A stretch of DNA of 64,000 nt from Veleropilina oligotropha (Eukaryota), in the NCBI GenBank assembly GCA_048128005.1, contig JBEUKZ010000010.1:1-64000 (forward strand). Direction: 5' to 3'. The notes beneath the pieces are model-generated. The model was not told the DNA's origin. It did not search any database and saw only the letters and a list, made by a program, of their open reading frames with translations. Positions 19,701-32,558 of the stretch are shown here, piece by piece (the first letter of the stretch is position 1; every line of letters starts with the position of its first letter). Both the position numbers and the translations under genes were made by a program.

Positions 19701-21181
19701 ACTAGACGCTCAGTCGCGAGTGACCGCATAATTATGTATTCCCCGGTAATGACCTGTCTAGAGTGACCACAAGGAATTATGCTTTAAATTCCAAGATGGG
19801 GGCCACAGCGGCCATCTTGGAGGTCGGACCAAATCCAAAATCTATAGGTGTCATGTCCCCACCCAAACCAATGCACATACCAAATTTGAAACCATTCCAT
19901 TAAGAAATGACCAGTCAAGAGCGATCACGAGGAAACTCTCGACGGCGGCCATCTTGGAGGTCGGACCACACCCGAGATATATAAGTGTAGTGTCCTCACC
20001 CAAACCAATGCACATACATAATTTGAAAACATTCCGTTAAGAAATGACCTGTCTAGAGCGATCACAAGCAATTATGGTGGCCCTGGCGGCCATCTTGGAT
20101 GTCGGACCGCACCCAAAATCTATATGTGTCGTGTTCTTGCCCCAACCAATGCACATGCCACATTTGAAAACATTTTGTTAAGAAATGGCATGTCTAGAGC
20201 GATCACAAGGAATTATGCTTTAAAATGCAAGATGGAGGCCACAGCGGCCATCTTGGAGGTCCGACCACACCCAAAATCTATAGGTGTCGTGTCCTCGCCA
20301 CAACCAATGCACATACCAAATTTGAAAACATTGCGTTAAGAAATGGCCTGTCTAGAGCGATCACAAGGAATAATGCTTAAAATTCAAGATGGAGGACACA
20401 GCGGCCATCTTGGAGATCGGACCCACCCAAATTATATAGGTGTGGTGTCCTCGCCACAACCAATGCACATAACAAATTTGAAAACATTCCATTAAGAAAC
20501 GGCCTGTCTAGAGCGATCACAAGGAATTATGCATAAAATTCAAGATGGAGGCCACAGCGGCCATCTTTGACGTCAGATCACACCCAAATTATATAGGTGT
20601 TGTGTCCACGCCCCAACCAATGCACATACCAAATTTGAAAACATTCTGTTAAGAAATGGCCTGTCTATAACGATCACAATGAATTATGCTTAAAATTCAA
20701 GATGGAAGCCACAGCGGCCATCTTGGAGGTCGGACCACATCCAAATTATATAGGTGTCGTGTCCTCGCCCCAGCCAATGCACATACCAAATTTGAAAACA
20801 TTCCATTAAGAAATGACCTGTATAGAGCTATCACAAATAATTATGGTGACCTAAAACCTATAGGTATCGAGTCCTCGCCCCAACCAATGCGCATACCAAA
20901 TTTTAAAACATTCCGTTAAGAAATGGCCTGTCTATAGCGATCACAAGGATTTATGCTGTAAAATCCAATATGGAGTCCACGACGGCCATCTTGGAGATCG
21001 GACCACACCCAAAATATGTAGGTGGCGTGTCCTCGCCACAATCAATGCACATACCAAATTTGAAAACATTCCGTTAAGAAATGGCCTGCCTAGAGCGATC
21101 ACGAGGATTATCTCGGCGGACGCGGCGGCGTAACGAACGCTAAGCCATAGTATCCCCGATACTTTCGTTTCCGGGAATACA
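19701..21181 (+). mobile_element. HINE/DINE-1-like (Helentron-associated) element with internal ~158-bp tandem array
   Basis: 5' actagacgctcagtc...gtattcccc, about 8-9 tandem units containing ccaatgcacataccaaatttgaaaacattc, short (GGC) tract and 3' stem-loop gtatcccc...gggaatac. Confidence 0.75.
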
Positions 21182-21989
21182 ATAAAGCGCTAATATCCAT
21201 GCATGCAACCTGCTCAACGGCCTTAACTCGATAAACACTGACAGTATAGGAGGCTCAAATTTTAACACGTGTAGAGGGGGGCGTTATCCACTATAATTTA
21301 TATCATTAAAAAAGAATATGCATTGTAATCTCCGCTATTGAGTTATTGCGTGTTAAGTATTACCGTGATATTGTTAAATTTATAAGATAATCTACCTTTC
21401 CTGAAATTTCAGGTATTAAAATCATGTATGCTAGATGAAATTGCTATACCTTCTTCCATCACTAGGTGGGTGAGGGTAATTATTCATTGTAAGACTTTAC
21501 ATACTGCTATTTACAAAAAAACGTACTAGTCTGGTGGAAGAATGGCCATTTTTCAACGTTTTATTGGTGATTGAACGCAAATCCGCTTGACGACACTTTG
21601 TCATCATTGAGCAATTTTTTTACGAGTAAAATTTAAAATGGTTGCCCCCAAAACCGATTTTCGGCTATAAGTTCGTCAAAAATTAACATAGGGACCTGAT
21701 TTTGGTGTCTGCACCTATGTTTTAAGGGTCTATGAATCCATTGGATGACATAAATTTAACATATCTCCCCTCCAATAGCCTACATTATCTTATTCGATCA
21801 AAATTCAAAATGGCCGCCACAGAAACAGATGGAAATTGATTTTCGGTTATAAGTTTGCCAAAAATTGATGAAGCGGGCTGGTGTTTTGGTGTCTAAAAGT
21901 ATATTTTTAAAGTATTAAAATCCACTAGACTGAATAAATATTTGCCATCTCCTCTCCATTAGCCTGAATTGTCATACTTCGATTATTAA

Positions 21990-22436
21990 AGAGACTATTG
22001 CCCGTAAATGCGCTTTTTTTAAAGAAATCTAACCACATTACACTTTTTACTTATAACATAAAAAGTTAGGAATTTTCAACACTCAACTTTTGTCAGTAAC
22101 TTGCTACCGTTTAAATTAATCGCTACTGAATATTTAAAAATAATAAAACGCGATCCACGTTTAATTACCTCGCACCGAGTGCATTTCCAATTGACCTAGT
22201 TGGAGCACAATTGCGTATACAGGTTTATGCTCGTCAAGTAGGATAGCTTTCTACTTGACAATAACATATATTGCTCAGTTACAATATTAATTTCAAAAAA
22301 GTCTATTATTTGATCATATCGATCATATCTTCGCGAAATTTTTATCAATATGCGCGAACCCGCGAACCGTGCGATAGAGGGTGATCAGTCATGCTACACA
22401 GTCACGAAAAGATCGCATTTACGGACAATAGTCTCT
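21990..22436. mobile_element. MITE with ~23-bp terminal inverted repeats
   Basis: agagactattgcccgtaaatgcg (21990) and cgcatttacggacaatagtctct (ends 22436). TTAA on the left side only. Confidence 0.65.
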
Positions 22437-23619
22437 CGTGATAGCATTGCCCACAAAAACCACCGGTAATTCATATGTAGCAAAGTCACATGAAATATCA
22501 TGATATTCAAGCATATAACGTTAGCGGCAGTACTTCGACATAGTCATTAACGATTATGCCACATGTGTACACTAATATGACGTTAAAATACGTCGTTAAA
22601 AAATTGACAGAAAGTCTGCCATATTGCATCATGCAGTACTCTACTTGTTTTCACCGAACAATACTCACGACATCTTGTCTGTGTGATATAAATCTGCTAT
22701 ACGTCTGATAGTATGATGGATAGGTCTACAGTTATAATAAAGAAGTTTCAATATTTTATTTATTTATTTATTTTAAGTCTTGTTACTTCGCACTGGGATG
22801 TAGTACCATATCTAAGACGAAACTTGTATGTACATTGATTGATAGATAACTATACAAAATTGTCATCAAAGAAATCAACGAGTCAGTTTGCGTTGTTACC
22901 ATATGATTATTTATATATATAAAGGTTACATGTGTTTGAATATTTCCATTAGCATATCATATAATAAGTAATATAAGTAAAATTATTTGTTCAGAAGAAC
23001 GATACTGACACTAAATGTGGTAACCATGCCGATTGTTTTGGTATTGGAAATATTTGTGATGATATTATCCACTAAGATAAGATATACATACAAATAAAAA
23101 AACATACAGGCATGCAGAGGGTTGTGATATAGAAGTTAAATAACAAAATGCACAAAGGACAAATTGGTTTCTTCACATACACTAGAACTCTAGGTTTATG
23201 TTGGGGTGCACCAAGGTTGAGCGCTAAACCATTTCTTGTCTCTTATCATCATGGTACTGACTATACGGAGAACAGAGAACTGCTTTGGCTAGTGAGTAGT
23301 TAACGAGTCAGACACTCAACCCAGACAACATGCGGGGCCAGGCTGATTCCACCGCTTCAAATAATAGATGGTATATCCCTAAAGTATGTCGGTCAGATCT
23401 GAGTGAGACCGAGTTTCCCGACTGTGTTAAGGCTAAAAAGTGCCACAAGTGGTCGTAAAGCAAAGTTGCCAACCAACAGAGAAAAGAGAGGAAGCGGAGA
23501 CGAGGTTGGTGGAGTGGCGAAGGTCGTTGGTGGATAGGGGATGCGAGCGAGGAGGAAGAAGACCGATTATATGTGTACGGGATGTGGAGACAATGTAGTT
23601 GAGAACATCAGAATGGAGG

Positions 23620-24270
23620 AATAAAAAGTCCCGAGAACAGCAAAAGTATTTAGGGTATACTGTACAGGAGCCGCTGGAACGAGGTGGTACCGGAGAGGTT
23701 AGAGTTAGCGAGCTAAGATGGAAAATGAGAGAGGCGCGGATAAGGTAGTACGGTCATGTGTATCTATCGGAGAAGTGGAAAATGAAAGGTTCGATGCTTA
23801 ATGTCCAGTATATTAATTTTCCAATCATCATTTGGTTCAAACAGGACATGTCCACATTATCGCGGGACGAAATCCCGGGGGAAACCCACCCTCTCCGACG
23901 AACTGTGATTCATAACTTGGACCAATGTGTGATGTCGCTGCAGAGGTTTGAACCTATACTACTGTTCGTATCAGCGAAATCAAGTCAGTGATTTTTCCGG
24001 GTACACAACCGAAATCCCACGAATGTCGATGCTGCCTCTCGGAGGAGTGGTATGTGAAAAAAGTGTGGTGATGTTGAAGACATGGATGAGGAAGAGGGTA
24101 AGGCCGAAGAAGCGATGAAGAGATTGTATCAATGTCAGACAAGTCAAGGCTAATATAGGGGTGGTATGAGTGCACGTGGAGGACGCAGTGGACAAGAGGA
24201 GATGGAGATAGACGATCGTCACCGGCTACCCCACATAGTGGAAACAAAGGCCGTGGAAGAAAAAGACTTG
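23620..24270 (+). mobile_element. RTE LINE 3' fragment interrupted by a SINE (~23780-24010, minus strand)
   Basis: Purine-rich RTE-like text (aagatggaaaatgagagaggcgcggataaggtagtacggtcatgtg ... agagggtaaggccgaagaagcgatg) flanks a SINE copy. Confidence 0.5.
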
Positions 24271-27200
24271 AACACAAACAAGAGGTTCATATAATCATAG
24301 TTATTTATCAGACGGATCAGATCATTCGTAGATCAGATAGGCAAGGTTGATTTCCATCGATCACTGTCGATTAAACTATCGTGTTCACATGTATAAGCAG
24401 TACCGGACTGGAAGCTGGCCAATCATTGGTTGAATACTGAATACACTCCCGGTCCAGGTGGCCGAAAGGTGGAGTATCCACTGCGCTGATATCACGCCCT
24501 CAACTTCAGATGTCATGCGTGTCACGTATAGGTACCGAAAGATGATCAGATATGGCTGTATTTCCCCCCGACCTTGTCCGACAGCCATGTGTAACTATTC
24601 TGCAGCAAGACTGTCATGTTCTGCCTTCTGCTGCTGTCGTGTTATATAATGAGCAGACATATTCATCTGCTCTATTTTATGAGGATGATTGGTTGGTTGG
24701 CAACTTTTTGCGGTCACTTTTGGCAATTTTTAACTGTATTGCAGTCGGGACACATGGTTTAAGGTCGCACTCCGATCTGACGGACATCTGGGGCATACGC
24801 CTTCTATTATTTTAAGTGTTAGATTGAGCCGCCACTAACGTCGAAACCGTGACCAAAAACAGCTTAGGTAGGGTGTATGAAGTGCTAATTACTCACCCGC
24901 CGATGCTGCTGAGATGAGGCGCATGACCTGATCTGTCTAATATTAAAGGTATATAACATATGATATGTGTTACCACACGCATATCTGTTTCATGTCTTGT
25001 GCATATGCGTTTTAAAAAAACAGCTTATCATAGGCTATGTCCCATTTTATTCTTACATGATGATATTAAAACATTTTGTTTTGGGTTGTAAGTAAATACC
25101 CCCTAATATTGACCTCTATCATCACCATACTGGGCAATGTTATCACGAGTGCTTTAAAAATTGAGATATGAAAATTCAAGGTTATACAGGGATATATTGA
25201 TATATTGGTGCGCTCCAGTCGATTCTTAGACCCTTAAAACATAGGTTTGGACATCAAAATCAGATCCATATGTCAATTTTTGACGATAATCGAAAATCTG
25301 ATTATGTGACGGTCATTTTGAATTTGGCTCGAATATGAAAATTTAGGCTAATGGATGAGATATAGGGTATATCTATGTGCTCCAGTAGATTCGTAGACAC
25401 TTAAGCTTAGACACCAAAATCGGATCTCTATGTCAATTCTTTGGGAACTTATAGTCGAAAATCGGTATTGGGGGCAGCCATTTTGAATTTTTCCCATAAA
25501 AAAAGTTGCTCAAGAATGACAAAGTGTCATCAAACGGATTTGCGTTCTGTATGTTCTGTTCTACCAGAATCACCAATAAAATGTTGTATGTACTCCAAAA
25601 CACACCTAATAAGTCAATTTCTACCAGACTATGCCACAAAATGCCTGGTACCTTTTTGTACGTGGTCCAAATACACGTGTTACACACGTAGGAACGTCCA
25701 CCTCAAGTTTCCCGATACCGATTTCTACGGGTTTTGGTACCGGCCGTATTCTACGTAGAATTCTGTCCTAGATACATTATTTTACGGGATCGTTTTCTCC
25801 CTTACACCGGATCGGCATATGGCAATCATTTTGGCGGATTACGGATTGTCCTTTCTTCCCTTAGATTTAGGAGACGCATTATCAGTTCACTGGATTGACT
25901 GCTCTGCCTAACAGGTCTTCATCGACTAGGCATTGGTTCACTTAGCAGTCAGTTTATCCGATCATGCCTGACCGGCCTTTCCTTTCGCGATAATATGCAC
26001 ATGCTCTGGTGTGACATGCATCACGCAAGGAGCCAAACCAAGCAACTTTGAAATATGAACATTAGTAAAATATATTACAGAAAATAACTTTCCTATTATT
26101 GTATTGCCTTAATTGGTGTCAGATTGTTCGGCAACATCTTTATTTTCGGTTTGTTCACAGAAACATATATGTTATGCTTGCATGCCAGATGAAGAACAAA
26201 TTGCTACATTCCTTTGGTAACAGATATAGTCACGATCCGAAACTTAGAACGTGCACGTGGGACCACACCTATATGCTAGAACTGTGTTGTCAGGCAACAA
26301 TGATACAACCATCTTTGCGTTGTTAGGCAACATGACCACAGCCCTCCACAACCACCTGAGTTACCACGGGTATACATTACTCATACTACTACACTAGTGG
26401 ATATAGCAAACTTCTGGCTTCGGGCCTATATCACTATATTATCATCAATATCACCAACAGCCCAGAACGTATCTCTCTTGTTGTTATAACTAGGCTGGCC
26501 TCCTTTGGCTACGGTTGCCTAATATCGGATCACTTTTCTCTATATCAACAACCGTTTCGGAACGGGAGTCAATCTGACTTCTCTTGTAAAGAGCAGCATA
26601 CCAAGTCTTGTAATCACCTTCGGCAAAAATACATATCAGTCGCCAATCCAAGAATAAAGCCTCAGCAAACGTGCTGCGAGGTAGGTCGTCCCGACAGTAA
26701 AAACACACTGAAACGCTTATATTTTCGGTAAAACAACAAAACGCCACGTCGATAACAGACAAGTAAAACGTGTTCTGTTCCACGGAGAAGAGACATAGGC
26801 CCCTACATACAAAAAGCCTTAAGCGTCTTTGAATTTGTGAACATGGGTAAGTTCTTATTTAAAACTTTATCCTAAATAATTATTTCATTCATTTACATTA
26901 CTTATGGATAATACTGGTACAAAAATCTGTGATATGAAGTAGAAATTCTTTATTTACGTGTTAGACCCAAAAGGGAAACTGTATATTATTACAAACCATG
27001 TTCCATCCACATTGAAGTAATCACACTAACTACTTTCATTTGCATAAATAGTATCATCCATTCTAATTATTTCTTGGAATTACTACCCCGACAGTATAAA
27101 GTTTGGATAAAGCGCCAGGCCAATGGTCGCCGCTGCATCTCGGTTACTTTATCTGAATTTTGAGAAATATTGTCTCTAAAAGTGTATGTTTATACTGTTG

Positions 27201-27338
27201 CATCTTGGCCTGCTCATCATTCGATTTAGCTAAATATCATTCTTTTCTCGTGGATTAGCCTTTTTGATTGGATAACATTAGTTCCATAACAATAACATTA
27301 CAATCACGTTATTTTGGACATGCGGTGTACAAATATCC

Positions 27339-27572
27339 TTATCTTGATTTTGCCGCGAATCCTCTGTTCTGATTGGCTGACGTCATTTTGTTAACTGGCC
27401 GTGAACCACGGCCAGGCGTGGTTCATGGATCCTTACACCACGGTGACGTCATTTCGCAGCGAATACTCTCTTCTGATTGGTTGCGTAATTTTACTAACTG
27501 GCCTTGAACCACGCAGGCATTACATTATATATAACAACAGTGTTATTCCAAGTCGGGAGTAGGGTATTTAGG
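27339..27572 (+). repeat. 5' half of a family-A hairpin-ended element, split by the palindromic Polinton insertion
   Basis: Begins TTATCTTGATTT. Its inverted partner AAATCAAGATAA (36130-36141) and the terminal hairpin lie beyond the insertion. Confidence 0.75.
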
Positions 27573-27949
27573 TAAGGTAGTAGTATACATGCCTGTTTAA
27601 AACAATTGACCTTTTGACCTTTGGATGACCCCGAGGTGCCCTTGAATGTAGGTCAGGGGGCGTGTCTAGCGAGGGTATGGGTGACCTTGTGGTGACCTCC
27701 CACTATCCCTGAGTCATTGTCTACTGAGACAAAAGGACCACCTGCCTGTCAAATGTAATAATCTATATGGAATAAGGATAATAAAATTTGTAGATAGATA
27801 TTTATTTTCCATGCCAGACATGTTTTAATAAATTAATGGGATTCCGAGTCAATACTTGATGGTGATATTGTATTATATATATATAGCCAAGACATGTATG
27901 GGCATGTTCTTGATCTATTAGTTCATGAATAGTTGGCTGTATAGCGGAA

Positions 27950-28380
27950 TTTCCGCTATAAATTTTCAGGGGGTGTGGCCTATATCTGTCAATCACTTTT
28001 CGTCCATAAATTTTCAGGGGGTGTGGCCTATATCTGTCAATCACTTTTCTGTTATAAATTTCCAGTGGGTGTGTCTTTTGTTAATGGGATTTCTATTATA
28101 CTTTATTCTTGTCAATATAATTTCTATCATAAGTTTTCAGAGTGTGTATCCTATATACCTGTCAATCACTTTTCTGTTATAAATTTCCAGTGGGTGTGTC
28201 TTTTGTTAATGGGATTTCTATTATACTTTATTCTTGTATCAATAGAATTTCTATCATAATTTTCCAGAGGGTGTGTCCTATATATTTTTGAAATTTCGAT
28301 TATAATGTTGATCATAAAATTGGTAGACTTTCCATCATAAATTTTCAGTGGGCGTATCCTATATTTTTTAAAATTTGAAC
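27950..28380. repeat. Subterminal tandem repeats in the palindrome arm (mirrored at ~35300-35735)
   Basis: Repeated ataaattttcag-g/tgggtgtg...tatatctgtcaatcacttttc units of ~58 bp, with a higher-order ~119-bp duplication, preceded by palindrome atagcggaatttccgctat. Confidence 0.8.
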
Positions 28381-29660
28381 AATGATTCTAGTGTGCCTGT
28401 TGTTACAAAATGCTAGGTATAAAAGCCTCGGATTATGGTCAGAGTGGATATGCATCAACATTGAAAATATGCTAAACATTCAAGCAGCAGAAGAATGTCG
28501 GTTGGAAATTGGCGGAAATGTGCAAGTGTAAGGGTAAGTAGATCTATTTTTGCTATGTATATATGTGCTTACCTTTAACTGTTGATATCCCTTCACCAGA
28601 ATTTCCTATACTATGTGAAATGATTTTTTTTTCGATATATAATTCCACAATAATTATACAATTATAAATAATAAGATATATATATATGTATATATATGCC
28701 GCCGGGGTCCTGCATCACTGCCTGCCGCCGGGGTCCTGCATCACTGCCTGCCGCCGGTGGGTCAGCGTTTCCCGCCTGGTGCACACGGGAAATCCCCACG
28801 GTGTAGCGTATGAGTCATCAGATTGGAATGTATGCGAGCGCTTGTCTTGATATGTTCGTTCTATATTTAGGTATGACATTGGAACGCGAACAAACTTAAG
28901 ACTTGCAAACTGTCTTCTCCGACGTCCGCCTGATTTATATTTAATATGCGACAAAAAAGTTTTCATTCATATTCGAAATCGCCGAAGGCGCAGATAACCT
29001 CGATAAAATCCAGTAATATATCCCATTCCTACTACGATATATACGTACTTCGAAACAAAGTGCTCCTCCCGAAAACCGAACAAAGCACGGACAATTGCTA
29101 GTTAGTATTATGAACGGTGCTACGTCCCGATATCTAATAGTTCTATAGGTTTTCCAACATATCAACATATTTGTAATAGAATATTAATGACATGTCTTCC
29201 ATTTGCTGAAAACACAGTGACTGTATGACACACACTTTTGAAATGATATTACATTGCTTAACAGCATTTCACCCTACTATGTTTTTTATTTCACGTATCA
29301 ATCACTTAACTAGCAAGACACAGAGTACGGTGCCCAATCAGTAAATAGCAAATTACATGGGCCACACGTTCGTAACTTAAACGATACGTTATTAGTCATA
29401 TTAATATATTTTATCAACTTAAAGTTGTAGCCTATATTTACTCATGTGTGCCTAGTATATCACAGTTGTTCATAACTACTTATTGTGGGTGTGTGAAGGG
29501 TATGTGATCGGAAAAGTAACAAGAAATTAGCTGATATTTTTCAGTGGTACAATCGGTGTATTTGCCATTTATTAAATAAAATATAAGATTGAATTTCAAT
29601 AAAATAACCATAAAACACATAAACTAGGGTTGCATCTGTTTTATTGTTCCAAAAATATAT

Positions 29661-31133
29661 TTATTCATCCATATTTTCGTTGCTCTCTGTTGATTCTTCA
29701 CCTTCAGAGGATGATTCTGACTGCCAATATGATTCGATTTCGGATTGACACTTTTTCACTGCTATATTAATAGAGGATTTCGTGCCATATCCCTGTTTCA
29801 AGTAGGCATCAACTTTGCTCATGACTCGATTATGAACCCTTCCATCCCGTAATCTTTCAATGTATAGAAGAATTTGTTTATATTTATTCATAACTTGTAT
29901 TAAATCTTCAAGATCTATTTTATCATTAGCTTTTTTCTCTGCAATTTGTTGATTTAATCCCTGCTTGATATATTTGTCATATTTTCCTTCGAAGAATGAC
30001 ATATTTTGATCATGGCTTATTTTCATGAGCTCATCAAACACTTTTGATTCTTCGTCGCTTTCTTCCAACACCCCAGATGTTCGTTTTTTGGAATTCCTAT
30101 GACACCAGTCTCTTAAGTGCTTTTGTAATTTTGAACTATTATCAAATAATGAGCCGCAATAAATACATGATATCATGTTTTCTTCGTCATCACTGCTGCA
30201 ATAATGATCAGACATTGTTTCGACCTGATTCATAGATGGATTCATATTCAGTGAATGTTCGCACAATGCACTGGGTTTGGTGAGAATCGTTTTCGATACA
30301 TTATTGGCTTCATCTCTCTCAAATACATTTGGACGAATTCTATTAATTTCATCGGTGAGCACTTTAAAATCTAATAGTATATAGCCATATGGTATCTTCG
30401 TTGCTTCGTCAAATTTTTTCATGAGATTGTCGGGATTTCTTGGGTACATTTGTCTTGCCAAATTCATAATAAGTTGCTTATCTACTGGATTGTTGAATAA
30501 TACCATGTATTGACAATTTCTTCTCTGCGTAGGGTCTTTAGAATAATACAAGTTTTGATTAATAGCTATAACTGATAGATTTCTGTGATGACTACCTTCT
30601 GTGAAGAGATCAGTTATACAAGGGTCTTTAGCAGACATCAAGTCATCCAGTACAATAACATTTCTGATTCTGGGATCGAGGAAGTCATCATTTGCCAACT
30701 CTTGTGGTATTCCTTGAATAAATTCAACGGAAATACTAGCTTTGATGTCATCATAGAGCGGCTGCCATCTTTTGTATAACCAAATAATTCTCTGCGGTGC
30801 TGGGGATATGCGATCATGAAGTAGTACATTTTTAACAAAGTAAGATTTTCCAGAGAATGTTGGGCCCGATACAATAAGGGTAAAGGGATGTTGTAGTTGA
30901 AATGGGGGTGGGTTGTGCAGCGACGATGGGCGGTAGTCGGTGGCAGCGGGTGGTGTCTTATCCTGCGTCAGCGGTAAATTCAGTGCCTGAGGTGATGACA
31001 GAGATGGATTCTGCATCTGCGGTAATGTTGTACGTGATAATGCCATTGGTGCCATGACATGTATTCGGTTGTAATGTCTGAGCAAGGCATCACGTCTAGA
31101 CAATGATATGCTACAATCAGGACACTTATGCAT
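29661..31133 (-). CDS. C2H2 zinc finger - Polinton packaging ATPase - C2HC finger - helical domain fusion (left-arm copy)
   Basis: Translation identical to 32551-34023. Confidence 0.88.
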   Translation of the reverse strand: MHKCPDCSISLSRRDALLRHYNRIHVMAPMALSRTTLPQMQNPSLSSPQALNLPLTQDKTPPAATDYRPSSLHNPPPFQLQHPFTLIVSGPTFSGKSYFVKNVLLHDRISPAPQRIIWLYKRWQPLYDDIKASISVEFIQGIPQELANDDFLDPRIRNVIVLDDLMSAKDPCITDLFTEGSHHRNLSVIAINQNLYYSKDPTQRRNCQYMVLFNNPVDKQLIMNLARQMYPRNPDNLMKKFDEATKIPYGYILLDFKVLTDEINRIRPNVFERDEANNVSKTILTKPSALCEHSLNMNPSMNQVETMSDHYCSSDDEENMISCIYCGSLFDNSSKLQKHLRDWCHRNSKKRTSGVLEESDEESKVFDELMKISHDQNMSFFEGKYDKYIKQGLNQQIAEKKANDKIDLEDLIQVMNKYKQILLYIERLRDGRVHNRVMSKVDAYLKQGYGTKSSINIAVKKCQSEIESYWQSESSSEGEESTESNENMDE

Positions 31134-31578
31134 GTTTGCCCGGAGGTCCTGCAAATAGCCGTCCGGTTACAAATTTCTTTCTCTCTGGTGTGATCCTCTT
31201 TAAAACTTGTCTCAGATAGCGACTTTTTCTTTTGGGGGTTATGTCAGGTGCATCATCCTTTTTCACTTTTTTCAACTGGACTTTAGGTTCGTCATTCTCG
31301 GGGTTTGTCGACTGACTGTCGCTTTTTCGTTTCTGAACAACATTTATATACGGTAAACCTTCCTCCTTTTGCCTTTCCAACTGAACCTTTGCTCTTTCTT
31401 CCTCAGCTGCCACTGGCGAAATAACTGGAATTCTTATCATGGATGGAGTTCGATACTGACCAGCCATTCCGCGATTATATTTCCTTGTTGGTTTTTCAGG
31501 TTTTAATTTACCCGATCTCATATCTTTGAAAGCTTGGTCCCACACTTTTGGGTCACTGACATATATTGAACCTGGCAT
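31126..31578 (-). CDS. Small basic Polinton-associated protein, 150 aa (left-arm copy)
   Basis: Translation identical to 32106-32558. Confidence 0.7.
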   Translation of the reverse strand: MPGSIYVSDPKVWDQAFKDMRSGKLKPEKPTRKYNRGMAGQYRTPSMIRIPVISPVAAEEERAKVQLERQKEEGLPYINVVQKRKSDSQSTNPENDEPKVQLKKVKKDDAPDITPKRKSRYLRQVLKRITPERKKFVTGRLFAGPPGKHA

Positions 31579-31681
31579 GATTACAAAATGATAAATGTTA
31601 ACAATGTATTTCCTTTATATAGGTTGGTGAAATCATTGCGCATGCGCATATATACCCTTTTTTTACATTCTGCTGGCGGGA

Positions 31682-31810
31682 GGTGGAGGTCCACCGGTGG
31701 TGGTGGAGGTCCACCGGTGGTGGTGGAGGTCCACCGGTGGTGGTGGAGGTCCACCGGTGGTGGTGGTGGAGGTCCACCGGCGGCGGTGGAGGTCCACCGG
31801 TGGTGGAGGT

Positions 31811-31856
<46 letters not shown>

Positions 31857-32002
31857 ACCGGTGGTGGAGGTCCTCCACCGCCGCCGGTGGACCTCCACCA
31901 CCACCACTGGTGGACCTCCACCACCACCGGTGGACCTCCACCACCACCGGTGGACCTCCACCACCACCGGTGGACCTCCACCACCACTGGTGGACCTCCA
32001 CC
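31682..32002. repeat. Central core: inverted arrays of a 20-bp GC-rich unit around GGTGAC(TA)20GTCACC
   Basis: Unit GGTGGAGGTCCACCGGTGGT on the left and its reverse complement on the right. (TA)20 at 31814-31853. Confidence 0.95.
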
Positions 32003-32035
32003 TCCCGCCAGCAGAATGTAAAAAAAGGGTATATA

Positions 32036-32070
32036 TGCGCATGCGCAATGATTTCACCAACCTATATAAA
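32036..32070 (+). promoter_or_regulatory. Putative Pol II promoter: NRF1-consensus site + TATA box (mirrored at 31614-31648)
   Basis: TGCGCATGCGCA at 32036-32047 and TATATAAA at 32063-32070, 35 nt before the ATG at 32106. Confidence 0.55.
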
Positions 32071-32105
32071 GGAAATACATTGTTAACATTTATCATTTTG
32101 TAATC

Positions 32106-32558
32106 ATGCCAGGTTCAATATATGTCAGTGACCCAAAAGTGTGGGACCAAGCTTTCAAAGATATGAGATCGGGTAAATTAAAACCTGAAAAACCAACAAG
32201 GAAATATAATCGCGGAATGGCTGGTCAGTATCGAACTCCATCCATGATAAGAATTCCAGTTATTTCGCCAGTGGCAGCTGAGGAAGAAAGAGCAAAGGTT
32301 CAGTTGGAAAGGCAAAAGGAGGAAGGTTTACCGTATATAAATGTTGTTCAGAAACGAAAAAGCGACAGTCAGTCGACAAACCCCGAGAATGACGAACCTA
32401 AAGTCCAGTTGAAAAAAGTGAAAAAGGATGATGCACCTGACATAACCCCCAAAAGAAAAAGTCGCTATCTGAGACAAGTTTTAAAGAGGATCACACCAGA
32501 GAGAAAGAAATTTGTAACCGGACGGCTATTTGCAGGACCTCCGGGCAAACATGCATAA
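32106..32558 (+). CDS. Small basic Polinton-associated protein, 150 aa (right-arm copy)
   Basis: ATG downstream of a TATA box. YVSDPKVWDQAFKDM and VISPVAAEEERAK motifs, Lys/Arg-rich tail. Stop overlaps the next ATG (ATGCATAA). Confidence 0.7.
   Translation: MPGSIYVSDPKVWDQAFKDMRSGKLKPEKPTRKYNRGMAGQYRTPSMIRIPVISPVAAEEERAKVQLERQKEEGLPYINVVQKRKSDSQSTNPENDEPKVQLKKVKKDDAPDITPKRKSRYLRQVLKRITPERKKFVTGRLFAGPPGKHA

Noticed and set aside
20124..20919. Short ORFs in the 158-bp array
   Set aside because: Chance frames in tandem repeat units.
31682..32002. Possible CRISPR-like array
   Set aside because: Units are head-to-tail with no unique spacers, there are no cas genes, and the context is eukaryotic.
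31581..32103. Several ORFs of 74-171 aa across the palindrome centre (GGGGPP/VEVHRWW/YIYIYI)
   Set aside because: They are translations of the 20-bp minisatellite and the (TA)n tract, with no evidence of coding function.
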